Source of the DNA: Neodothiora populina
Taxonomy: Eukaryota
Assembly (NCBI RefSeq): GCF_041146345.1
Contig: NW_027191415.1
Location: forward strand, 620,001-684,000
Direction of reading: 5' to 3'
Length of the DNA stretch: 64,000 bases
A program made the position numbers and the translations under genes. A model generated the notes under the pieces. It was not told the DNA's origin. It worked only from the letters and a program-made list of their open reading frames with translations, and made no database searches. Shown piece after piece: positions 1-10,911 of this stretch (position 1 is its first letter; every line of letters begins with the position of its first letter).

Positions 1-45
1 TCGCCATCATCGGCTTCATGCACAGCCTGTTGGTGTTGTGACTGC

Positions 46-115
<70 letters not shown>

Positions 116-1166
116 GCTGCCGCTGAGCTCTCAGCTTTCCCGGAGTAACGGCGGATGGTCTTCGGGGACTGATCTCAGGTGGTGGAGCAGACGGTGCAGA
201 CTCAGACACAGGCCTGGGTCTCCCTGAGAAGAAGGGATGGGTAGGTACCCGCGAGGCGCGCCCTTTGCGTGCAGGAGGTGGAGGCATAAACTTGGTGGGC
301 AATTTGACGATGAGACTCGGGCGAATGTATCGCTCGCTTCCAGATAGAATGCGGTCAATTCTACCACCCACATCGCGCTCATCCAGGGCATAGTGACAGA
401 CGACGTTCCGGTGCTTGCCCTTTTCCCTGCCATCCAAACCCTTCCCAGTCTTCTTTTGGGGTCCACTCTCTTTCACAGGCGATGCAAGTCGACCTCCAGC
501 CTTGAGCTGCATCATCCTCTTAGGTGGGCTTTTCGGTGGTAGAGTGAGAGGAACCTCTTGGGCCGGAGGAGGTGGCTTCATGGATTGATCGGCTGAGGGT
601 GGTGCATTGTCGACGATTTGTCCCGACGTCGAGATCAGGGACGCCGCTTCTGGTTGAGACGAGGGCAGATTGGTGGGACTCGACACAGGTACAACCATAT
701 CCTCGGCGCCTCGATCGTCTGGTTGGTGCAGAGAAGGTGGTGTGTACGGAGGGGGAGGGGTCGAAGTGTCGTGTACATCGTCCTGGCTCAATCTGCGCCT
801 CTTTCTACGCATATCGCTCTGCTCCTCGGTTGTCTCTTCTGTTGCTGGCTTGGCTTGTGCATCGATTTGTACATTGGGAACAGCGACGAAACTCGTCACT
901 GTCGACTGCACCCCCTTGCCCTTTCCTCGACCTCTCGGTCGTCCACGCCCGCGTTTAGTGGCTGTGGGAAATGGATCCTTGGATGCAGATGGGTTCATGG
1001 TCATGTCCGTGTCTGTGTCATTGTTGACTACTTGAACATTGGGCGGAGGGGCTGCATCATGTCTGTCGACCTCGTGACCATCGTCTCTGGACGGCTTGTT
1101 GGCAAAGAAAGGATGCAATGACTTTCGACCATTGTCCATTGGGGGCAGAACCGACGCTGCTGCCAT
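1..1166 (-). CDS. 5' part of a probable Elg1/ATAD5-like RFC-like clamp unloader (continues beyond the left edge)
   Basis: Open frame from ATG at 1166 to the window edge; absent from the ORF track because no stop is reached. Reads MAAASVLPPMDNGRKSLHPFF...KRGRGRPR...QSTVTSFV...PPKRMMQLKAGGRLASP...GRIDRILSG...THPFF...SAVTPGKL then Q26. The HPFF, RIDRILSG and PPKRM motifs resemble the N-terminus of fungal Elg1 as recalled. The ATPase domain is not in the window. Confidence 0.55.
48..116. repeat. (TTG)23 microsatellite, part of a 26-Gln tract (42-119) on the minus strand
   Basis: Perfect trinucleotide run in frame with the 1166-> ORF. Confidence 0.97.
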
Positions 1167-1347
1167 TCAGTCCTGCATTCATCCGTTGGTTTTATGATGG
1201 CAGTGAAGCGGAGTCAAGAAGGAGATTTGGTTGAATTGTGCGGGAAATGGCCACACAAGTCGTCGAGACACCGTTCCTTCCTCAAGCTACAGTAGTTGTA
1301 CGTGCCTACCTTATACAGCAGCAAGGTAATTATAAAGTAATGACGGC

Positions 1348-1363
1348 ACGCGTTTCGACGCGT
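1348..1363. promoter_or_regulatory. Tandem MCB (ACGCGT) elements
   Basis: ACGCGT at 1348-1353 and 1358-1363, in the divergent promoter between the Elg1-like gene and UTP8. Confidence 0.55.
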
Positions 1364-1641
1364 CTGGAGAAGCGCAGCCGATGCGTGTCAGGCAGAAAGC
1401 GCCCGCCGTAATTGATCGATTGTACAAGTACCAGGTAGCGCTTGGCACTTGATCAACCCCCCGCAAAGTCCGAGCAGACCAGTAACGCAAACGGCGTTAG
1501 CGTCAAAGTCTAAGTAACTTTTTGCGACTTGCATGAATTATTGCTTCAGATCTGATTTAGAGGCAAGAGCGAAGGAAAGACGGAAGGAACCCTCTCCCAA
1601 CTTCTCTCCCTTCCCTTTGATCCTCACCGCCGCGCAACACA

Positions 1642-4564
1642 ATGTCACAGGAAGCGCTGGTTGAAGCGCCATTCACTCTTGCATCTCTGCCCACACCATA
1701 CGATGCTACTGCTGGGAAAACCCTTGCTGCGCCCGTCTACGGTCTCCGCGCGCAGAGATGGAGGAAAAGATCTGAGATTGCCGTCGCCGTCGACGGCGAC
1801 GGCATAACCATCTACAACGTATGTTATCCCTATGAATGTGATGTAATCTGCTGATCTAATCATCTTATCCAATGCTCAGGTGCGCAATCCTCGCCTTGTC
1901 ACGTCGTATGCTCTCCCTCCGCAGACTCGATTCCTCTGCCCGCCCTACTCGGTCTACTACAAACCTTCGGGACAGAAAGCACAACGAGTCACATACGCCG
2001 CTGTCACAAACTCGGCAGAAAAGAAGTCGGAGGTTGTCGCCTTTGTCGAGGAGGTCAAGTCCGACTCGTCAGATCTGTCCGCCGAATCGCAGATCAAGAC
2101 GAGCTACCCTCTCTCCAACAAACCTGTCTTGGCCCTTTGCCCTCTGGCCTCTCACTCCGACAACACTGATCTTGCATCCGCTCTCGATCTGTGTCTTGTC
2201 TACGAAGACGGCACCGTCGAAACTATATCCGGAGACTTGGCCTCCAAGAGATGGGACGCAGAGGCCGATCAAGCAATCGCTCTGGCCCAGGGTGCGTCTG
2301 TGCAAGCACTCGGACACGTCCAGTACGCCACCGTCACCGACGTAGAGAAGGCACGCAAGGGTCTGTTGAAGAGCAGAGAAGACGCTCTTGCCGTTGTTGT
2401 CGGTTCTGATCTTGCCAACAACTCGGCTGCTTTGAATGTTCCGCTGCTCGTCCTGGCTGCCGTTTCCGAAGGCACCAGTCGCATCCACATCTTCGCATTA
2501 CCCTCAAGATCCAAGCATCTCGTATCTACAACTCATCCTGGCCTACATCATCTGCTGACCTACGACCTGCCTTCCTCGGGAGCATCTGCTACCGGTTCCG
2601 ACAAGGCCACCTTCTCCCTACACGCTTCGAGCGGCAAGCTTCAGCAGCTGCTTGCGGGCTCCCTCACCACCTATGATCTCTCTACGACTGTGCCCCGTGT
2701 GCTGTCCACCCTTACCTCTCGCCCCTCGAACCCCTACAGCAGCTTCGTCCAGTTGACCCCTGCCCTTGTCATGGCATCTGACTCCTCGACATGTGCCATG
2801 TTTGACACCAAGTACAGTTCTTTGCAGGGCCAGCTGCCTCTGACTGGAGAATACCTTGCATCTGCTTCTGGCAAGAGAAAGAAGACCGAAGGCGCCTCCA
2901 CTCTTCCTCTCCACTTTGTCGCTTTCTTTTCCGACCTCGGTCTTGCCGCTGCCATCTCGGGAAATGCGCTCGTCGGCCTTCAGCTCAATGTCTCTGCTCC
3001 TGTCTACAAAAAGTCCCGATCTGGCACCAGTCTGCTCATCAACTCTCTGGGCAAAGGTCTCGACCACGTCAAAGGCCTCGACAGCGAGACCGAAGCCGCC
3101 TTCTCCACCTGGAGGACACAGATAGACAGCTTGCTCGCTGAGGGCGACATCGACCCTCTCGAGCGTTTCTTGGCCGCCGAACTTGAGAATGGTCTGTCCA
3201 AGTCGCAGAAGCCTACAAAACGTGGCAAGCACGGCAAGGACAAGCAACCAGAGGAGACCAAGGAACCGAAAGCAGTGGCATCCGCCCAGCAAGACGACAG
3301 CACAATGCAGCTCGTGTCGCACAGCCCTTCGCAAACCTGGGATTTCAAGACCAACAAAAACCTTGTTCAGAGGACCGATCGCCGAAAAGCACTTTACATC
3401 TTGAGCAGAATGTTCGCCTGGACCTCTGACCTTTCTCAGGACCAATCATCAATTCGCTTCGTCTTCTTCGCCGCAAACATCTTTAAATGGCTTGCATTGG
3501 TCGGCTACATGAACACACTGAACATCGAACGTGCTCTACGCGAGTGCCCCTCCGAGACCCCCGCCGTAGCATCGGCAAAGGTAAACTCGGGAGATCTCAT
3601 GCGTGCTCTTGCCGAGCTGGACCCCGAGATGCATATCATGCACGAGTTCCTTGGCTGGCCCATCCACATTGATATCGACGAGGTTGCCGTCGCCCTGCGC
3701 ACACTTGTCAAATCACTCGACGACCCTCAGCCTGGTCTCATCAGCAAGTTGATCACGTCCGGCGCACTGGACACGAACTTACTGCCAGAAGCTCACGCCA
3801 CCAGCGACGAGCAAGGCGCACTCGAAGCTGCCGAAGCCGACCTCCAATACGCCACTGCACAGCTGGAAACGGGTCTCAATGTGCGCAGCACAAGTCTCCG
3901 CACGGTCTTCCATCGCCTGCATTCCTTCCCTGCTTCCTCCATAGTCACGGCTCTCAAATCCCACCTTCAACAAGCCCACCTGATTTTCTTCATCCAGCTC
4001 CTACGAGTTGAGCTGGCAGACGGCGGCTGGACGACTCGTTATCTCGATTACCTCATCTCGCCTCGCGTCGCCGAGCTCTCGGAAGGCGAGCGACCCGCGG
4101 ATAATTCTTTGATCATCATCAGCAACCTTCTTTCCTGCGGTGTCGACGCCGTTGGCCTTCAGGGCTGGATGGTACCACCTTCACAAGAAAAAGACAACGT
4201 CATCGAGACTCTGCGTGCAGAGACATCAGCAGCCATGGAGGGGGCTTACGAGGCCTGCGAAATGGGCAGTTTCCTCTGCGACTTTGAGCGCTTCGCGCAC
4301 ACCCTTCACCAGCAAGCCAAGGAAGAGAAGAAAGACAGCAGCAGCAGCAAGAACGCGGGCAAAGTCGACGCCATCAAGAGGCCGGGCTTCGAGGACCTCG
4401 GCGATGTCGTCGACCCCGTCCTGCCCATGGGCATGAAGGTGCAGAAGATTGAGAAGATGCTCGTCAGAGCCGGCGGCAGAGAGCAGAAGAAGAGTAAGAG
4501 TCTGCTGGGTAAGGAGCGCAGTATGCGCGTGGGTAAGTACAGTTTCGATCGCATCAGGGTGTAA
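1642..4564 (+). CDS. UTP8: U3 snoRNA-associated protein 8 (Utp8); exons 1642-1818, 1880-4564
   Basis: N-terminus MSQEALVEAPFTLASLP and C-terminus RVGKYSFDRIRV match fungal Utp8. A 61-nt intron (GTATGT..CTAAT..CAG) joins the two ORFs in frame. Confidence 0.8.
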
Positions 4565-4744
4565 GATGGGAGAGGAGATAAGGTCGGATGATGACATTAA
4601 AAGTTGCGGAAAAGGACTTTCTGGTCTCCATAGATGTATAGGATAGCGCCCTCCATCAATCACTTTTCTGTATTTACAAGATAATTATAGATTTCTCAGG
4701 TCAATCACTGCCTCGCTCTCTGCACGGAAAGTGACAAGACCTAC

Positions 4745-6028
4745 CTACCGTCTCCTAACCAACTGCACAGCAGCCATGACATCCAGAACCGCCATCTGAC
4801 TATGCGAAGTAGGCAGATCCATCGGCCCGTCCCACCAAGGCCCATACTGACCCCTCGCATTCGTGTTTCTCTCCTGCTGCGCCCTGAACTGCGTCTCCAC
4901 GAACTCCTTGATCCGATCCCTGAGGTCGTCTTCTTCCTGCTGATAATGCTCGCGTGTCGAAAGGCAGTCATAGAGTCTCGCCAGCGACCGCAAAAGCACA
5001 GATTTGAATCCCACGGCGTCGTCATTGCGCCATGCTTCGTGGTTCGCTCTGCTGTAAGTTCCGGCCTCGGTCAGGATGCCCGAGGAGGCGTCGACCCAGC
5101 CTGGTCTGATCATGCTTTTCCGCGCCATTGCGCAGGCGTGTTCGAGGACGTCGTCGTTGTGTGGCGAGCAGTGATCCAGGGACGAAAGCGCGTGGTGTAT
5201 CGCTGTGCATGCGGCCATGGCCTGCCCCGTCGTGTACGTGAATGTCCAGTCGACGCATTCTCTGGTCTTCAACTTGATCGTGTCGAGGACGAGCGCTTCG
5301 GTGCGTCGGTACCTACATCTCAGGATCCAGTCGAGCGAGCTCTGTGCCTGCGAGAGCAGATGTTTCTTTCTCTGGGCTTCGTGTGCAAGCAGAGACAGTC
5401 GCGCTGAGACCTCTGCGTATAGTCCTGTAGTGATAGAGTTGACCTGGTCTTCGCCTGGTCGTGTCGTCCACATGACACCACCTTTCATGTCTTGTCCATT
5501 GACACTGTGTTTACCTTCTGCAAGCACGGATCTAGACACATGTGCGTGCAGTCTGGTCGCTATCTCGAGATACTCCGGGTTCGGAGACAAGCTATATACA
5601 TCCAGCAGGCAATTGCCCCACCACAGCGTGTCGTCGTTGAATTCATTGATGAAGTCTCTGTGGTGTGAGCGCACGCTGTCGAGCGCTCTGCAGAGATAGT
5701 TCATGTTTTGCTGTCGCTGCTTGGGGTGCGACCATTGTTCGTGTAGTGCTATCGCTGTGTACCCGTTGGCCGTCTGCCAGTATCCTATACCGCCAATCTC
5801 ACCGTTGGGTTGTGCGGACGCGAGGAATACGTCGATGCTGTGCTGCGTGATCGCTAGTAGAGCCGGGTCGCTGTGCTGCTGCACAACTTCAGCAACAGGT
5901 GTCACAATGTCCTTCTCACTATCTGATGCGGATCCATCATTCTCGCTGGGCACATTGATAGGCGCCTGAGGCTGATGGTGATCAGCCTTGTTCTTCAGGC
6001 TGTAGAGTTTGTCCTTGATGGAGTGCAT
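4745..6028 (-). CDS. Glycoside hydrolase family 76 (alpha-1,6-mannanase-like), no signal peptide
   Basis: Motifs NEFNDDTLWW (catalytic DD), GGVMW, NSITT, WTFTYTTG and FKSVLLR. Confidence 0.85.
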   Translation of the reverse strand: MHSIKDKLYSLKNKADHHQPQAPINVPSENDGSASDSEKDIVTPVAEVVQQHSDPALLAITQHSIDVFLASAQPNGEIGGIGYWQTANGYTAIALHEQWSHPKQRQQNMNYLCRALDSVRSHHRDFINEFNDDTLWWGNCLLDVYSLSPNPEYLEIATRLHAHVSRSVLAEGKHSVNGQDMKGGVMWTTRPGEDQVNSITTGLYAEVSARLSLLAHEAQRKKHLLSQAQSSLDWILRCRYRRTEALVLDTIKLKTRECVDWTFTYTTGQAMAACTAIHHALSSLDHCSPHNDDVLEHACAMARKSMIRPGWVDASSGILTEAGTYSRANHEAWRNDDAVGFKSVLLRSLARLYDCLSTREHYQQEEDDLRDRIKEFVETQFRAQQERNTNARGQYGPWWDGPMDLPTSHSQMAVLDVMAAVQLVRRR

Positions 6029-7670
6029 AATTTGTTTACTAGGTTATTACAGGACAGTTTTGCTCAATAGCAGTGACAATGTTCAAAGACTATGTCGATG
6101 CATGTCTAATGGCTAGCCCGCTCATTGGACATTGCTGAGCTGACGTCGTTGGCTATCACCCCTCTGCACCTCAACATGCTACTGAATTGACTGTATGGAC
6201 TTCTTAAGGACTCTGTTGTGCTACACGACATATCTCGTCAATTGCAAATATACATCTTACGCATTCAACAAATTCTCTCTTTATCTTTTACGTATACTCT
6301 CCGCCGCATCCGAAAGACAACCTTAAAACCCGAGCACTGTTACCCAGCGACTCTCCCGCGAGATGGTTTCCATTGAGGTTGACTAAGGTACCTTATCTTG
6401 AGCTGACCACTGAGGAAACAGCATTTGCCAACGACAATTGGGCCCTAAATGGGACATCACAGTTTGGAACAGCTAAATCCAATCTCCTAGTCTTTGTACT
6501 GGACTAGTACACCTGTACGAGCCGCTAGGAACAAAAGACATTACGATTCACCTACAGTGTGCGCACATTTGGCGGCCGCTACTGAAGCCCCCACCAGTAC
6601 GCTACACAATCAAAGCCATGGATCACAAAGCCGCAAACCTATGGCGCCGACTTGGACAATAAGCCTCGGCCGACTAGTGCAGACATATGGTGAGGTCCGA
6701 GTTCCGGTACAGCCACACTTCTCTACGGGAACCCTGGCAGAAAGGCTCACGAAGCCTCCGTGCCAGTCGCGTCAACTTGCCAATCAGTAATGTCAATCGG
6801 TGACGGAGTCGGACAGGCATCTTTAGCGCCTTACCCTGACACGTGGTCCTGGACGAATGACGACAAGATTTTCTGCGAGACGGGTCCCTGGCCGAGCGGA
6901 CTTACCCGTGAGTTATGGGCGGAGATGCACAAGTTGTAATCGGAGTACCTGACACTAGGTACTTGGGCATGAAGACAGACGTCTATCATGGAGGTCGCCG
7001 AGCCGGCTGTCCGGCTATATTCACTGCTTGATACTCCAGTGCTTGCAACTTGAGATCCACAGGCGATTGAGGATGCGAGCTTATGCATCAGCATATTGCG
7101 ACATGTGATTGCTCGCCGTGAGAGAGAAATCTAGCTCGGGTCTTCTATAACGAGGTCAGGAGGTTGGAAGCACCTCGATATCTTGAGCCAAGACTGCTCA
7201 TTCTTTAGTGTACTTTACCCCTGTGTCTGTGTCCTCCATCCCGTACCTTGCGCTACAAGTATAACTACCGTACTTGTATCTTAGAAGTACCTCACCTTCC
7301 CTTCGGTACGGTGCAGTCTTGACAGCCACAGGGTCGTCGGGCGCATGAGGTCATCCGTTTTGGATGAACCTTAAAGCCCACAAGGTGGGCGTCGGGCACT
7401 AATAGCGTCTCTAGCTCGGTATACCCCGGACGCTATGGCCTTTTGCCACCATCCAGGGTTCAGGTTGGTTTGCGACAAGGCCTGGAACATGAAAATGCTA
7501 GAACATTACTTTTCTGCAGGTCTAGCGGCACGATGTTTGGTGTGGCTGTAACCCAGACATATAAAATATACGTGGTGCGAAAACGTCCGTATGTCCTTTC
7601 TGCTCGCGACACATATCAGAGAAGGACTGGATTAACGTGATGAATGGGGGTTTGATGTTATTAGCAGCCT

Positions 7671-9962
7671 ATGAGCAACTCGCATTCACCTCAAGATCAT
7701 GCTCTTGCGACTCCCGTTGTCGACATGGCCACTAGTGGCATGCATGCAGAGGCAAGACCAAAGCGTGTGACGATAGAGACAGCCTGTGATGGTTGTCGTT
7801 CTCGCAAAGTACGCTGCGATGGAGTGCGGCCTGTCTGTGGGAGGTGTGTGTTACGACGCACTACTTGCAGATATGATGTCGACGCTGGCCAGACCCGAGT
7901 CGGCACAATGAAGCAGAGACATGCAACACTGGCCAGAGAGCACCAAAATTTGCTCAAGACGCTGCGCAATGCCTCTATGGAAGACGTCAACGAACTGATC
8001 TCGAAACTGCGCTCAAAAGGAACTTCCCAGGATCAAGATTCGAATCGAGCTGGTTCTCCGTCAGAGTCCGAGGCTGGCGGTATAGAAAAGCCTCATGGAT
8101 CAATTTCATCTGCGAGCTCCCGACACGACGACAGCATGCAAAGTGAACACTCACCTGCTGGACCCCCCAGCAGTGACGCTACACGAACTTTGCTCACCCC
8201 AAACCACTCTGAAAGATCCAACGAATCCTTCCATACCGCCGAAGTCCATTCTCCCATGACTGGCGTCCCGATATCCGGCGGCGCTCTTCAACTCGGATTT
8301 CCTGGAAAGGATGTCGCCACAGTGGCCTCACGTCGTTACATCCAAAGTGTGGGCTCCTTCATGCATGTTTATACTACTGCACAGATTGAGCTACTGCTTG
8401 ACGCCGTTTTCAATCCCAAGGAAGTTCTTTCCACAGCTGCAAGCCATGCAGCCTTGGGCCAGCTTTGTGCGATCGCGGCACTAGGATCAATATATGAATC
8501 TGAGATCGGCGCACGAGACGCTCAAAACTTTTACGACCTGGCAAGGCACTATCTGGAAGATGTCATAGATACAAATCCACTACTTGGCATGAAAACAGCT
8601 GCATTGCTGGCCACCTGTTGCATGACCACCAAGACAACCGTCTCAATGTCATTTGTCGATTTGGGATTTTCTTTGGCCCATTCATCTGGACTTGCGAGCC
8701 CCACGGGCCCGCCCGAAATTTCGCTTGATCAATGGCTGGACTACAAGAGGGCTTGGAGAACACTGCTTTTGTTGGATTCTTGGATCAGATCGACTCTTGG
8801 TGCTTTGTCGTGGCGGGTTCACACTTTTGCGTCAACACAAGCCGCTTTTGTTGAGAGCCAATCCACTTCAGATATAATCCAGACGGAAATGGCCAAGATC
8901 GTTTTGCTCAAAGCCAACATGCTAAGGACTATTGCCGACTCGAAGGACTTGACACCCGAATTGCTTTCAGTTGTCCGCAACAATCTCAAGGCATGGCATG
9001 AGGAGATTCCTGAAGTCATGCATCTCGCAACACTTCTTAACACCGCTCCCGGGTCTAAGCATCGTCACCATATCTTCTACGTCCACTTGTTGTACCTTGG
9101 CGGACTGATGCTCCTGCAACGTTGTATAATGTCGAAAATGCTTGGTCACCAGGCCGATCAGACAGCTTTCATGCAGAATGTTTGCAGCGAAGCTGTGACC
9201 GGCATTATCGATGGATACGAAGCAGCTCGACAGACGGCTCGCATTCTGAGTCTTCTGAGAGCAGAAGGTGGTGCGGCGCGACGTTGTTGGATCTGCGTCT
9301 TCCAGTCCTACGTTTCGGGGCTTTTACTATTGCACGAATCATACTCAACAATCCTACAAGCCACAGCCACCCGAGCCAAACTGGGCGAGAATCTCCGACT
9401 TATCGGCAAGACAATCGACATGCTGAAGTTTTCTGCTGTGGAAGATAGTACTGCTTCGATTCTTCTACAATCGCTCATACGGTACTACGACACACTGTTA
9501 GTTGTTGCTGGACAAGGGACAACACCACATACAACAGGAAGGACTACTTCGACAGCCAGTTCTCCAGATAACACCGAGCGAAAGGTCCCGAAGCTGGATC
9601 AGAAAGTTTTTCGTCAGACCGCCGAAGACCTACTCAATTTGGTCCGTCAGCCTTTCACAGATGTCTATGGCGCCAATTCCTGCGGCGCACTGCCAGCTTT
9701 CACTCTCAGGCCGCCGAATATTGAAATTCGCAACTTGGGAGCACAAACAGCATCGGGGTCTCCAGATGTGAATATGAGCGATGCGGGTGCATCCACCGCA
9801 GTCACTCTCATACCACCGCCTCAAAGTATTGCCAGCGAAGGTGTTCGATCCTCTGAGCGACACCGTGACGATGATGCCCGATACACGGTCGGCGAGCACG
9901 ATAATATCCAGGCCGGTTCAGGATCGCGGCAGGAACAACAACAGCAATTTAGATTTAAATAA
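7671..9962 (+). CDS. Zn(II)2Cys6 fungal transcription factor
   Basis: ACDGCRSRKVRCDGVRPVCGRCVLRRTTCRY binuclear cluster, a coiled coil, and a middle homology region (KRAWRTLLLLDSW). Intronless 763-aa ORF; start could be a later ATG. Confidence 0.9.
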   Translation: MSNSHSPQDHALATPVVDMATSGMHAEARPKRVTIETACDGCRSRKVRCDGVRPVCGRCVLRRTTCRYDVDAGQTRVGTMKQRHATLAREHQNLLKTLRNASMEDVNELISKLRSKGTSQDQDSNRAGSPSESEAGGIEKPHGSISSASSRHDDSMQSEHSPAGPPSSDATRTLLTPNHSERSNESFHTAEVHSPMTGVPISGGALQLGFPGKDVATVASRRYIQSVGSFMHVYTTAQIELLLDAVFNPKEVLSTAASHAALGQLCAIAALGSIYESEIGARDAQNFYDLARHYLEDVIDTNPLLGMKTAALLATCCMTTKTTVSMSFVDLGFSLAHSSGLASPTGPPEISLDQWLDYKRAWRTLLLLDSWIRSTLGALSWRVHTFASTQAAFVESQSTSDIIQTEMAKIVLLKANMLRTIADSKDLTPELLSVVRNNLKAWHEEIPEVMHLATLLNTAPGSKHRHHIFYVHLLYLGGLMLLQRCIMSKMLGHQADQTAFMQNVCSEAVTGIIDGYEAARQTARILSLLRAEGGAARRCWICVFQSYVSGLLLLHESYSTILQATATRAKLGENLRLIGKTIDMLKFSAVEDSTASILLQSLIRYYDTLLVVAGQGTTPHTTGRTTSTASSPDNTERKVPKLDQKVFRQTAEDLLNLVRQPFTDVYGANSCGALPAFTLRPPNIEIRNLGAQTASGSPDVNMSDAGASTAVTLIPPPQSIASEGVRSSERHRDDDARYTVGEHDNIQAGSGSRQEQQQQFRFK

Positions 9963-10911
9963 AATTATGTTTCCATTTTCGGGCAAAGTCCCTCTTACTA
10001 TTGAGAAACAAATATATCCAGAGACCATTTTAGAAGGATATAGTTCGATTTTTTTGCCTTTCTACTGGCAAAGCGGTCATACGTAGACCACTTAAGTCTT
10101 TTATTTACCAACCAATCTCAACCATCTCATTCGGTTCACCTCTTAGAAATATACCTATCTACTGCCAGGTAGTGCAGCGACGCAGCATTCATGTGAATTG
10201 GTTCGCTGTCTGTACTGCACGTATAAAAAGACGTTCCTTCTGCTCACACATGCTCGCACGTACACACATCTCACCGTCATCACCGCAAGACTCGAAACTC
10301 CCGCCCACTGGCGGTCTGTCGTCCGCTGCGCAATAATGCAATTACGTAGAGCAGAGGTACTCCACGAGTCAGACTAACTGAACGCATCTTGTGCACCTTA
10401 TACGTCGCTGAGTATCGGGATGTACTCCGAACCTGGATCTTGCTGTGCTGTACAAGTACGTGTACAAGTACGTTGTGCAGCGAGACCTGAGTTGTACTTT
10501 GAAGTGGTACGGTAAGGTACCATATACAGTACTGTACCTTAAGGTACCTCAAGGTACGCACTGTAACAGCAGATCGCACTAGATCAGGGTAGGCACGTCA
10601 CCTCGGTACGTCAGATGTGTCACTGCTTCTCCACGCACTTGTACACATCAGCCGTGCGCTCGTACGGAATAAACGCTGCTGGTTCGCCCCGAACCCTATT
10701 CACGATGTTACACCCCGTGCAAGACATGATGCATTTTTTGGCGACGCTGCAGCTCAGCTTTTTGGCCCTGTGAAAATACATCTCACTGTATCGCACTGCC
10801 GGTCTTTTGGGCCGTAAGATCTCACATACTGTAAGACGCTATCAGAAAATCAATCTCCGATGTCGCGTTCGTGACCAGGTGGTACCTTACCTTACTTGGA
10901 AAGTCGCTAGG

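Noticed and set aside
10807..10911. N-terminal extension of CorA from a TTG start
   Set aside because: Artefact of prokaryote-style start calling; ATG 10912 is the first in-frame AUG.
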